DNA of 64,000 nucleotides. Source: a bacterium (GTDB lineage Bacteria; Desulfobacterota; DSWW01). The DNA lies in contig JBFLZG010000114.1 in assembly GCA_040756235.1 (NCBI GenBank), positions 1 through 64,000 of the forward strand, in the 5' to 3' direction. The position numbers and the translations under genes were made by a program. Position 1 is the stretch's first letter; the number at the start of each line of letters is the position of its first letter. The notes under the pieces are model-generated. The model was not told the origin of the DNA. It did not search any database and worked only from the letters and a program-made list of their open reading frames with translations. Below, piece by piece: positions 55,780 through 64,000 of this stretch.

Positions 55780-57180
55780 ATGGAAACGAGCCGCACCCGA
55801 TATGAGTGGCTGAGGAAGATGGATGCAACGGCAGACCTGGTCGGCGGTGTTCTTTCCACCGGCGCCACGAGTCCGGACCAGCTGGACTTCCCGGCGCTCC
55901 TCAGCCAGGTGCCCGAGTATCACGCCTCCCTGGTGCCCCAGATCTGGCCGGACGTCCTCGCTGCCGCCATGAAACCCAAGAACTCCGGAGCGGTGCGGAC
56001 GTGCGTCCACGCCGTTCAGAAATACCTGAACGACATCTTCCAGAAAATGGACGAGGGCAAGCCCGTCGTGTACCACTACTTTCTCATGACGCCGGAGATC
56101 TTCCTGGGCATGGACATGGCGCCCATCTGCTACGAGATCTTTCCCGCTCTTCTGTGCGCCCTGTTCCAGAAAGGCGTGGAGGAAGAAATCGACTTCATCG
56201 AAGAGAAGGGATTTCCCGGGCACCTCTGCTCCGCCCAGAAGAGTGCGAACGGCGCTTTCGAGCTCGGCAGGATGCCCTTGCCGACCGTCATGGTGAAGCA
56301 CGGGACACCCTGCGACCCGAGCAACATGATGTATCAGTACGTCATGGAGAAATTCAAAGTGCCGATGCTGGTCGTGGATTCGCCCTACTACACGAACCAG
56401 CGGGCCTTCCGCTACTACCTGGACGAGTGGAAGCGGATGATTGAGCAACTCCAGAAGATCACGGGGCATACCCTGGACGAGGATCGACTCCGCAAGCACG
56501 TGCAGTGGGGGAACAAGCAGCTTGAGCACCTGTACGCGCTCCAGATGCTGCGGCGGGCCGTGCCCAATCCGGACCCGGGGATGCACCGCCCCCTGGACAC
56601 GGCGGCCCTGTTCCTCTGCGGGACCGTGCCCGAGATGATCGATTACGTCAAGACCTGCCGGGACGAAGCCCAGGCCCGTCACGATCAGGGGAAGAGCTTC
56701 CTTCCCGAAGGGAGAAAGGAAGTCCGGACGCTGTGGAGCTGGGCCTGGACGGGCCACTACCTCTCCATGTACGACTGGCTCGAGGAAGAGTTCGGCATGA
56801 CCTACCTCGAATGCGGGCTGACCATGCTGCCGGGGGACGTCGTCGGATTCGTGAACACCTCGAGCGTGGAGTCCATGATCGAGGGGCTTGCCTGGAGATC
56901 CTTCAACATGCCGATGGCCCGGCAGGTCTTCAGTTTCTCCGACATCTGGATCAACGACTTCGTCGGTGTGGCCAAGTCCTATCATGCGGACGCGGCCGTC
57001 TTCTCGGGCCACATGGCCTGCAAGCACGCATGGGCGTTGAACAAGCTGCTCAGCGACGCGCTCCAGGAGCAGGCGGGGATTCCGTCCTTCCGCTGGGAAG
57101 TGGACATCATCGACAAGCGCTTCACCCCGCACGAAGCGGCCAAGACCATGTTGACCGAGTTCTTCAGCACGCTGACCTGA
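55780..57180 (+). CDS. 2-hydroxyacyl-CoA dehydratase / class I benzoyl-CoA reductase subunit (HgdA/BcrB/BzdO-like)
   Basis: PEIF.GMD, HLCSAQK, TPCD, HMACKH, E.D..D.R. Confidence 0.85.
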   Translation: METSRTRYEWLRKMDATADLVGGVLSTGATSPDQLDFPALLSQVPEYHASLVPQIWPDVLAAAMKPKNSGAVRTCVHAVQKYLNDIFQKMDEGKPVVYHYFLMTPEIFLGMDMAPICYEIFPALLCALFQKGVEEEIDFIEEKGFPGHLCSAQKSANGAFELGRMPLPTVMVKHGTPCDPSNMMYQYVMEKFKVPMLVVDSPYYTNQRAFRYYLDEWKRMIEQLQKITGHTLDEDRLRKHVQWGNKQLEHLYALQMLRRAVPNPDPGMHRPLDTAALFLCGTVPEMIDYVKTCRDEAQARHDQGKSFLPEGRKEVRTLWSWAWTGHYLSMYDWLEEEFGMTYLECGLTMLPGDVVGFVNTSSVESMIEGLAWRSFNMPMARQVFSFSDIWINDFVGVAKSYHADAAVFSGHMACKHAWALNKLLSDALQEQAGIPSFRWEVDIIDKRFTPHEAAKTMLTEFFSTLT

Positions 57181-57224
57181 TAGACGCCGAGCCAAGCACC
57201 CGAAGGAAGCTGGAGAAGGAAGAC

Positions 57225-57998
57225 ATGATCCTGGGATGTGACGTGGGGACGGCTTCCAGCAAAGCGGTCCTCATGGAGGGCAGATCCATCCGGTACTTCA
57301 CCTCCACGCCCACGCAGGCCAATCCGGATCAGGCGATGCGTCGGATCCTGCAAGACCTCCGGCAGCAGCAACAACTCGGGCCCGAGGACCTCGAGGAGAT
57401 CCGCATCACGGGGTGGGGTCAGGACAAGGTCTCGCTCGCCCATGTCGGGCAGCCGCTGATGAATTGCCTGGGGAGGGCGGCGGTCTGGGCTGTTCCGACC
57501 TGCCGGAGCGTCCTCTGCCTGGGGTGCCAGCAGAGCGTCGTCCTCTCCGTCAATCCTGGCGGAAGAGTCCTGGAGTTTCGGGCGAACGACAAGTGTGCCG
57601 CGGGGGCGGGACGATTTCTGGAGGTGATATCCGCGGCCCTGGAGATCGATGCCGTGCGCAGCTCGGAGGTGGCCGGAGGGGCCGACAAGGAGCTCAACAT
57701 GAGCAGCCAATGCGCCGTGTTCGCCGAAAGCGAAGTGGTGAGCCTGGTGAACGCCGGGGAGTCGGTAGCGAATATCATGTCGGCCCTGCTGCATGCTCTG
57801 AGCCGGAGCGTTGCCACGCTGGCGAAAAGGATCACCCCGAGACCGGATTGCGTGGTCGCGGGCGGGCTGGCAGGCAATGAAACGCTCGTGGACTACCTCC
57901 AGAAGCGGCTGAAGATGAGGCTCAAGGTGTTTCCGCCGAGACCGGACCTGATTGCGGCGGTGGGTGCCGCTCTGCCTGCACAGGGAGCTCAAGGATGA
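57225..57998 (+). CDS. ASKHA-type activase subunit, partly degenerate (BzdP/BcrD-like)
   Basis: Start ATG 57225; GCDVG..SKAV, TGWG, NDKCAAGAGRFLE, SSQCAVFAESEV; LCLGCQQ replaces IDIGGQD. Confidence 0.88.
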   Translation: MILGCDVGTASSKAVLMEGRSIRYFTSTPTQANPDQAMRRILQDLRQQQQLGPEDLEEIRITGWGQDKVSLAHVGQPLMNCLGRAAVWAVPTCRSVLCLGCQQSVVLSVNPGGRVLEFRANDKCAAGAGRFLEVISAALEIDAVRSSEVAGGADKELNMSSQCAVFAESEVVSLVNAGESVANIMSALLHALSRSVATLAKRITPRPDCVVAGGLAGNETLVDYLQKRLKMRLKVFPPRPDLIAAVGAALPAQGAQG

Positions 57999-58795
57999 TT
58001 TTTGCCGGCGTGGACGTCGGATCGCTGAGCGCCGAGGCGGTCCTCCTCGAAGACGACAACCTTCTTGCCTCGGAAACCATCGTGGTCAAGCCGAACCCGG
58101 TGGTCTCCGCGACCCTGGTCATGGACTCCGTGCTGGCGCAGGCCGGCCTGAAACCGACGGATGTGGCTTATTGCGTGAGCACCGGGTACGGAAGGGAGAG
58201 GATCCCGTTTGCCCAGCACAACCTTTCCGAGATCTCCTGCCACGGAAAAGGCGCCCACTGGGCGAATCCGGCCGTGCGCACGGTCATTGACGTGGGCGGG
58301 CAGGACTCCAAGGTGATCCGCATCGACAGCGCGGGCCACCTGTCGGACTTCATCATGAACGACAAATGCGCGGCAGGGACCGGCAGGTTCCTGGAAGGGA
58401 TCGCGAACACCCTGGGGGTGAAGATCTCCGAGTTGGGACCTCTGGCGTTGCGCGGGACAGACCCGATCCCCATCAGCAGCATTTGCACGGTCTTCACCCA
58501 GTTCGACGTCATGTGCTTCCTTGCCGAAGGCAGGAAGCGCGAAGACATCGCTCTGGGCGTCACGGATGCGCTGGCCCACCGCATCAACCGGCTGGTCAAC
58601 AGCGTGGGCGTCGAAGATGCGTTGTGCGTCACCGGAGGTGTGGCGAAGAACGCGTCGGTCCTGGTCGAGTTGGCCCGGGTTACGGGGCACAAGGTTCTCG
58701 ACGTGGGCGTGGACCCCCAGATCGTGGGAGCCTTGGGGGCCGCGTTGTTCGCTCGCGAGCGTTTCGCAAGACGAGGAGAAGAGGCGGAGGCGTGA
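57995..58795 (+). CDS. ASKHA-type activase subunit (BzdQ/HgdC-like)
   Basis: GVDVGS, STGYGR, SEISCH..GA, IDVGGQDSK, MNDKCAAGTGRFLE, CTVF, TGGVAKN. Confidence 0.93.
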   Translation: MIFAGVDVGSLSAEAVLLEDDNLLASETIVVKPNPVVSATLVMDSVLAQAGLKPTDVAYCVSTGYGRERIPFAQHNLSEISCHGKGAHWANPAVRTVIDVGGQDSKVIRIDSAGHLSDFIMNDKCAAGTGRFLEGIANTLGVKISELGPLALRGTDPIPISSICTVFTQFDVMCFLAEGRKREDIALGVTDALAHRINRLVNSVGVEDALCVTGGVAKNASVLVELARVTGHKVLDVGVDPQIVGALGAALFARERFARRGEEAEA

Positions 58796-58796
58796 G

Positions 58797-59582
58797 ATGA
58801 ATGCCGGATCGACCCCGGGGAAACGCTCGCTGATCGTCGTCGGTGGCAAGGGAGGTGTGGGCAAGACCGCCGTCTCCGCTGTTGCAGCGAAGCTTCTGGT
58901 CGAGCACGGCGTCAGACTCCTGGTCATCGACGCCGACCCCGTGATCAGCCTCGCCTACGCCCTCGGAGAAAGCCCCGGAGAAACGATCGGGGACCTCCGG
59001 GAGAGGGTCATCGAGGATCCTTCCGAAAAGAGGCAGCTCAGGGACAGACCGGTCAAGGACGCGCTCCGGGACCTCGTCCGAAGAAGCGCGCAGGGCTACG
59101 ACCTGCTCGTCATGGGGCGGGCCGAAGGTCCCGGATGCTTTTGCGGCCTGAACGAGCTGCTGCGCTACGGCATCGAGAGCCTGACGAAGGATTACGCGGT
59201 CTCTCTCGTGGATTGCGAGGCCGGGATCGAGCAGGTGAACCGCAGATCGGTGCACCGCATCGACAAACTGCTGCTCGTGACCGATACCTCCCGGCGGGGG
59301 CTGGAGGCAGTCCGAAAAGTGCGCGACATCGCGCGGAAGTACGACGACGGCGGATCTCTGGAGGACCTGTTGATCGTGAACCGGCTGGGCTGCGAGGAGG
59401 AAAAGGGACGGCTGCAGGCGCTCTTGGGATCTTCGGACCCGAAGGTGCTCGGCTGGCTGCCGGAAGACCCGAACATCCGGGAATTCAACTTGAGCGGGAG
59501 GCCCCTGATGGACCTGCCTTCTGATTCCCCATGTGTGGTCGCAGTGAAAGAAATTCTCAGGCGGATGGCTCTCATTGCATGA
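58797..59582 (+). CDS. cooC: CooC-like nickel-insertion ATPase
   Basis: Start ATG 58797; GKGGVGKT, DADP, EGPGCFC nickel-binding CxC, DCEAGIE. Confidence 0.88.
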   Translation: MNAGSTPGKRSLIVVGGKGGVGKTAVSAVAAKLLVEHGVRLLVIDADPVISLAYALGESPGETIGDLRERVIEDPSEKRQLRDRPVKDALRDLVRRSAQGYDLLVMGRAEGPGCFCGLNELLRYGIESLTKDYAVSLVDCEAGIEQVNRRSVHRIDKLLLVTDTSRRGLEAVRKVRDIARKYDDGGSLEDLLIVNRLGCEEEKGRLQALLGSSDPKVLGWLPEDPNIREFNLSGRPLMDLPSDSPCVVAVKEILRRMALIA

Positions 59583-59642
59583 TCTGATCGGTCGCCTCAT
59601 GCAGGACGGTCGCGCGAAACCATAGCTAAAGGGGGGCAAGAG

Positions 59643-60857
59643 ATGAAGAGAGGATTCGCTGCATTCGCGTTTTGTGGCGTGCTTCTCCTGGGCGCAGGGG
59701 CGGCGCAGGCCAGCGGACTGAACGGCACCTCGGTGTGGGGGACCGGAGGGGTGTCCGCACAAATGGGAGGGACCGGAACCGCCCGGCCGCTGGATTCGAC
59801 TTCCAGTGTCTTGCGCAACCCTGCGGGTCTTTCTCTTCAAGAGCGGCCCATAGCCAACCTGGACTTCACCTGGCTGCGGACCGACACGAACGGTGACTAT
59901 GAGTACCCCGCGGCCCTGGGGGGGCCCTGGGAGGGACAGTCCAACGAGCGGAACTACCCTCTTTTCGCCACGGCCATTGCCTACCCTCTGAGCCAGACGA
60001 GCCAGCTGAAAGGCATCCCCTTGAGCATCGGGGCCGGGCTGGACGTTTCCGCGGGCGCGGGTACGGACTGGGTGGCTTCGCCGCTGGGCTTGAAAAGCCT
60101 CTACCTGGTCTTCTCGGGTGCCGTCTGCGCCAGCTACAAGATCGGCAACCTCTCCATCGGCGCCGGCCCGAGAGTCAATTTCGGCCTGGTGGATCTCGGA
60201 TTCGGCCATCACCTCGACAGCGACGTGGGGGCGCAGGCGGGCGTGATCTATTCCCTGGAGCCCTGGACCTTCGGCGCTTCGTACATCAGCAGCATCGCGC
60301 TGGAGTTCCCGAGGGCCTGCGACATCGATTTTGACGGGGTGATGGACAACTTGACCATCGAGGAACCCCACCAGGTCTACTTCGGAATATCCTACAAGGG
60401 CTTTGAGAAGTGGGTCTTCAATGCCGAGGGCCGATGGTTGAACTACGGGGGAGCGGACTTTTACAAGGATATCGACTGGAAGGACGTATGGGGGGGCAGT
60501 TTCGGCGTGCAGTACGCTCTCTTCCCGTGGCTCAACGTGCGGGCCGGGTATCTTTACAACACCAACCCGGTCGAAGAGCACGACGGGTTCGACTTCGGCG
60601 GTTTTCGTGACATCCAGGGCCACCAAATGCCGAACGCGGTGTATGAAGTCATGCACCTCACCTGCCTTCCGCTCTTTTGCATGCACCACGTCGGCGGGGG
60701 CGTGGGAATCACCATCGTCGACGGCCTCATGATCAACTTGGGCGCGACGTATGATTTCGAGAACACGAACGAGTACAAAGACTCGACCGGGACGTTCTCC
60801 GTGAAGCAGGACCTGAGCATCATCACCTTCGACGTGGGCCTGCAATTCACCTTTTGA
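59643..60857 (+). CDS. FadL/TodX/TbuX family outer-membrane channel
   Basis: Signal peptide, MGGTG.A.......NPAGL hatch motif, beta strands, C-terminal Phe. Confidence 0.85.
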   Translation: MKRGFAAFAFCGVLLLGAGAAQASGLNGTSVWGTGGVSAQMGGTGTARPLDSTSSVLRNPAGLSLQERPIANLDFTWLRTDTNGDYEYPAALGGPWEGQSNERNYPLFATAIAYPLSQTSQLKGIPLSIGAGLDVSAGAGTDWVASPLGLKSLYLVFSGAVCASYKIGNLSIGAGPRVNFGLVDLGFGHHLDSDVGAQAGVIYSLEPWTFGASYISSIALEFPRACDIDFDGVMDNLTIEEPHQVYFGISYKGFEKWVFNAEGRWLNYGGADFYKDIDWKDVWGGSFGVQYALFPWLNVRAGYLYNTNPVEEHDGFDFGGFRDIQGHQMPNAVYEVMHLTCLPLFCMHHVGGGVGITIVDGLMINLGATYDFENTNEYKDSTGTFSVKQDLSIITFDVGLQFTF

Positions 60858-60965
60858 TGGCTTCAGCGGCGCGTACCGGTGTAAACTTGAGGAAGATCTG
60901 CCGGGGCAGATCCGCCGAATCGGGAGTCAACACTGGATGACCGGGTCGGGAGAGGAGGTACGGAG

Positions 60966-62294
60966 ATGGAAGAGCAATACGACGTCATCGTGGTCGGTAC
61001 CGGCCCTGCCGGGGCGACGATTGCCGCGCAGATGGCCAGGGCCGGGCAGAGAGTCCTCATGCTGGAAAAAGGCGCTTACCACCCGTCATGGCTGCTCGGC
61101 AACCAGTTAACTGCCCTGCTTCATTTCGACAAACTGGGGCTCCTGGCCACCAAAGAGAACATGATGGTCGCCCGCTGCATTACGGTGGGCGGGTCCGCGG
61201 TCATGAGTTGCGGCTCTGCAACGCCTCCCTACCCGGGGATGTTCGAGGGTGTCGGAGTGGATCTTACGGAAGAGGTCAAAGAGGCTCACGCATACATGAA
61301 GATCGATGACGACTTCCCGGAGCATCTCATCGGCAAGGGCCAGATGAGGCTCATGGAGGTTGCCAACAGTCTCGGGCACAACTTCCGCAAGCTCCCGAAA
61401 TTCATCGACCGGAACAAGTGCAGAGGGGGGGCCTGTATGAAGGGCTGCCCGACCGGGGCCAAGTGGTCCGGACGTGTGCCGGTGGAGGAGGCCCGTTCGC
61501 ACGGGGCCCGGCTGGTTACCAGAGCCGAGGTGGTCCGTGCGATTACCGAGGGCGGTGAAGCCACAGGAGTCGTGACCAAGAATGGAGACAAGTACTTCGG
61601 CAAGACGGTGGTCCTGTGCGCCGGAGGGCTTGCGTCCCCTCTGATCCTGCGCAATTCCGGTGTGAAGGAGGCCGGAGACAAGTTCGGCTTCGATGCCCTG
61701 TGGTTCACCTACGGCTTCAGCAAGGAGAACCCCACGGCCTTTGACATCGACATGGGGATCTACGACGACACCTATCTCCGGAGCGACGGGTTCGTGCTCT
61801 CGCCGGTCATGCATACCTGGGGCATGTACCTGGCGTCTGCAACGGTGGGCGGAGGCTGGTCCTACCTTCCGAAATTCGCCAAATTCGGCAAGGCCGTGAG
61901 CGTCATGACCAAGGTCAAGGATGACCTGGGGGGAGCCATCTACGACGACGGTTCCTTCTCCAAGCCTCTGACCGAGAGAGACTGGAAGAAGCTCAAGAAA
62001 GGTGAGGAAATCGCCACCCGGATCCTCAAGCAAGCAGGCTGCGAAGATATCTTCTCCTGCAAGCCTTTTGCCGCCCATCCGTGCGCCTCGGTGCGCATCG
62101 GCGACCACATCGACACGAACTTCGAAAGCAAGATCAAGAATCTCTTTGTCTGTGACACAAGCTCCTTCCCCGAGTCGATGGGGTTGCCCTGTGTGTGGAC
62201 CTGTACGACCCTCGGGCTCAAGATGTCCAAGATCCTCAAGCAGAGGCTCGAGGTCGCACAGGTCAAGGCCGCGCCGCTTCCGAGGGCGAGGTGA
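60966..62294 (+). CDS. GMC-family FAD oxidoreductase
   Basis: YDVIVVGTGPAG, LEKG, VGGS, C...C..GCP.GAK, HPCAS.RIG, NLFVCD.S.FP. Confidence 0.88.
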   Translation: MEEQYDVIVVGTGPAGATIAAQMARAGQRVLMLEKGAYHPSWLLGNQLTALLHFDKLGLLATKENMMVARCITVGGSAVMSCGSATPPYPGMFEGVGVDLTEEVKEAHAYMKIDDDFPEHLIGKGQMRLMEVANSLGHNFRKLPKFIDRNKCRGGACMKGCPTGAKWSGRVPVEEARSHGARLVTRAEVVRAITEGGEATGVVTKNGDKYFGKTVVLCAGGLASPLILRNSGVKEAGDKFGFDALWFTYGFSKENPTAFDIDMGIYDDTYLRSDGFVLSPVMHTWGMYLASATVGGGWSYLPKFAKFGKAVSVMTKVKDDLGGAIYDDGSFSKPLTERDWKKLKKGEEIATRILKQAGCEDIFSCKPFAAHPCASVRIGDHIDTNFESKIKNLFVCDTSSFPESMGLPCVWTCTTLGLKMSKILKQRLEVAQVKAAPLPRAR

Positions 62295-62338
62295 AGCCGT
62301 TCTGAGCCCCATGCGGCTTTGGGAAAGGAGATCCGGCC

Positions 62339-63286
62339 ATGGTCAAGGAATCCACGAAGAACTTCTGGAAGATGCACGGAGAGAATGCCAAGGGGCTGCT
62401 GCGCGTCTTCAACATGATCCACGGGTATCTTTACTACACGATTTATGATCACTACGTCATCGCCGCGAGCACCATTCTGCGCTGGCTCGGGCGCCATCCG
62501 GACTGGGCCCTCACGCCGAAGTTCTACGACTACGTGATGGGGCGGTACCACTGCAAGGTGATGGTCCCCCAGGACATGGAGAAGCTGCTCAAGGTCGACC
62601 AGGACATCACGGTCCCCCGGGATGTCGCCAAGAAAGTCGTCCCCTTCGATCTCGCGAACAAGATCATCATCAAGAACTACGACCAGCTTGCGCTCGTGGA
62701 CTGCCCGTGCAGGCTCGAGAAGGCCGCCCTGGGACGCGAACCCTGCCAACCCATCAACACCTGCCTCTTCTTCGGCAAGGTCGGCGTGGACTTCGTAACC
62801 AGCCACATGCCCAGAATGCACGCGCGGCGGGTGACGCAGGAGGAAGCGCTCGCCCAGCTCCGCTCCAACGCACGGAAGGGTTACGCCTTCTCGATATGGT
62901 CCAAAGATGCGACCGGCTACCGGTCGGGCGTGCTTTGTTCCTGCTGCAGCTGCTGCTGCTTCGGCACAGAGGTGGAGCGCATGGCCCGCAGGATTCCCGG
63001 CCTCGGACCTCTCAACATCACGGCTCCGTCAGGCTACGCGGTCGTCACCGACCTGAAGAAGTGCAAGGCCGACGGCGCCTGCACCGTCTGTCCCTATCAA
63101 GCGAGGGAAGTCGTTCAGACCGGGGAAGGGAAGAAGCTCGTGTATCACGATGATCTCTGCATGGGCTGCGGCGCCTGCGTGCAGCGGTGTCCCCATGAGG
63201 CGATCCAGCTCGTGCGCGACGAAAAGAAAGGCGTGCCGTTCGATGTCGAGGCGCTCCGCAGGCAGGCCGGGCAGGTGAGGCCTTAG
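62339..63286 (+). CDS. Cys-rich 4Fe-4S dicluster protein
   Basis: CPCR, C.P..TCL.FG, CSCCSCCC, C-terminal CKADGACTVCP and CMGCGACVQRCP. Confidence 0.85.
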   Translation: MVKESTKNFWKMHGENAKGLLRVFNMIHGYLYYTIYDHYVIAASTILRWLGRHPDWALTPKFYDYVMGRYHCKVMVPQDMEKLLKVDQDITVPRDVAKKVVPFDLANKIIIKNYDQLALVDCPCRLEKAALGREPCQPINTCLFFGKVGVDFVTSHMPRMHARRVTQEEALAQLRSNARKGYAFSIWSKDATGYRSGVLCSCCSCCCFGTEVERMARRIPGLGPLNITAPSGYAVVTDLKKCKADGACTVCPYQAREVVQTGEGKKLVYHDDLCMGCGACVQRCPHEAIQLVRDEKKGVPFDVEALRRQAGQVRP

Positions 63287-63304
63287 CGGGGGAAGGAGAA
63301 CGCC

Positions 63305-63457
63305 ATGGCGGCGAGAATGTATTACTACAGCAAGAGATGGATACGGGCGAAAAGGTTTCTATTCACCGAGATATGGGCGGTTCCCCTGCTGTTCGTTGCG
63401 GTCAACCTGGGAAGGCTGATTTCACGGCTGACCGAGAAAAGAAGTCTGAAACCCTGA
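63305..63457 (+). CDS. 50-aa small protein, probable single TM (not in ORF track)
   Basis: AAGGAG RBS; MAARMYYYSKRWIRAKRFLFTEIWAVPLLFVAVNLGRLISRLTEKRSLKP*; starts 18 bp after the upstream stop. Confidence 0.6.
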   Translation: MAARMYYYSKRWIRAKRFLFTEIWAVPLLFVAVNLGRLISRLTEKRSLKP

Positions 63458-63590
63458 GTCCCCGGGCGGCTGCCGTCCGGCGGCGCTGCGGCGCGCGCCT
63501 GCGCTCGAGCTTTCTCGCCCTGTTCGGACCGGCTCGCGGCCGGGTGCCGCGCTGATCGGAGGTCGCAGGCCCGCATCGAGGAGGCGCTTC

Positions 63591-63932
63591 TTGCACGAGC
63601 TCGGGATTGCCCAGAGTATTGTCGACATCGTCCTTCGCACGGTCATGCAGAACGGGGGAGGCAAGATCGCCACCGTGAGGATCCAGGCGGGCGAAATGCG
63701 CTCCATCATCGCCGATCAGCTCACCTTCTGTTTTGCTTTCGCCGCCAAAGACACCCCCGTGGAAGGGGCCAGGCTGGAAGTCGAGGTGCTGCCGATCGAA
63801 GCCCTCTGTGAGGATTGTCGCCAGGAGTTCCGCGTGAGAGGCTTCCGGTTTCAATGCCCGGAATGCAGGGGGGCTTCGGTCCGAGTGCTCCGGGGCCAGG
63901 AGCTGCGCGTGAAAGAGATCGAGCTGCAGTAA
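63591..63932 (+). CDS. hypA: Nickel metallochaperone HypA
   Basis: GAGGAGG RBS, TTG start, MHE nickel motif, CEDC and CPEC zinc finger, G.EL.V.EIE. Confidence 0.95.
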   Translation: MHELGIAQSIVDIVLRTVMQNGGGKIATVRIQAGEMRSIIADQLTFCFAFAAKDTPVEGARLEVEVLPIEALCEDCRQEFRVRGFRFQCPECRGASVRVLRGQELRVKEIELQ

Positions 63933-64000
63933 GCCGGCTCCATCCGGCCGCTTCCCGTTGAAAGGCCAACCTGCTTCTGCTGATGCCCCGCAGCGTCCCG

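Noticed and set aside
56733..57224. N-terminal extension of the first activase (BcrA-like long form)
   Set aside because: Overlaps the upstream gene out of frame; RBS and fold start at 57225.
54518..58795. Firm bzdNOPQ/bcr gene symbols
   Set aside because: Family is clear, but substrate and orthology cannot be set without phylogeny; no benzoate pathway genes are adjacent.

Overview
GC-rich bacterial DNA; gene content suggests an anaerobic deltaproteobacterium (Desulfobacterota-like, inferred). Five blocks. (1) 1-32 kb: a minus-strand Wzy-type exopolysaccharide locus led by an RfaH/UpxY-like NusG paralogue with an ops-like site. It encodes a short OPX plus OM beta-barrel, split Wzc, a priming sugar transferase fused to a degenerate GGDEF-like domain, WbpB/D/E-like and AlgD-like enzymes, five GT4s, a sulfotransferase, CapK-, AsnB- and ATP-grasp-like tailoring enzymes, an antisense pectate lyase and a secreted multidomain protein. 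It runs off the left edge. (2) 32-37 kb: a three-gene operon (CbbQ/NorQ AAA+, NorD/BssF-like vWA, glycyl-radical activase) with its own sigma70-type promoter and no target enzyme in the window. (3) 37-45 kb: TetR-TolC-HlyD-ABC efflux operon interrupted by REP clusters and a 209-bp MITE. (4) 45-50 kb: corA, an S8/FG-GAP protease and ygbA. (5) 50-64 kb: a PAS kinase and a sigma54 activator upstream of an operon for a four-subunit class I benzoyl-CoA-reductase/2-hydroxyacyl-CoA-dehydratase-like enzyme, two nickel chaperones (CooC-like, HypA), a FadL channel, a GMC oxidoreductase, a Cys-rich ferredoxin and an unannotated 50-aa protein. Blocks 2 and 5 are the best candidates for undescribed systems. 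No rRNA, tRNA or CRISPR array was seen. All calls come from motif recognition by eye; no database search was run.
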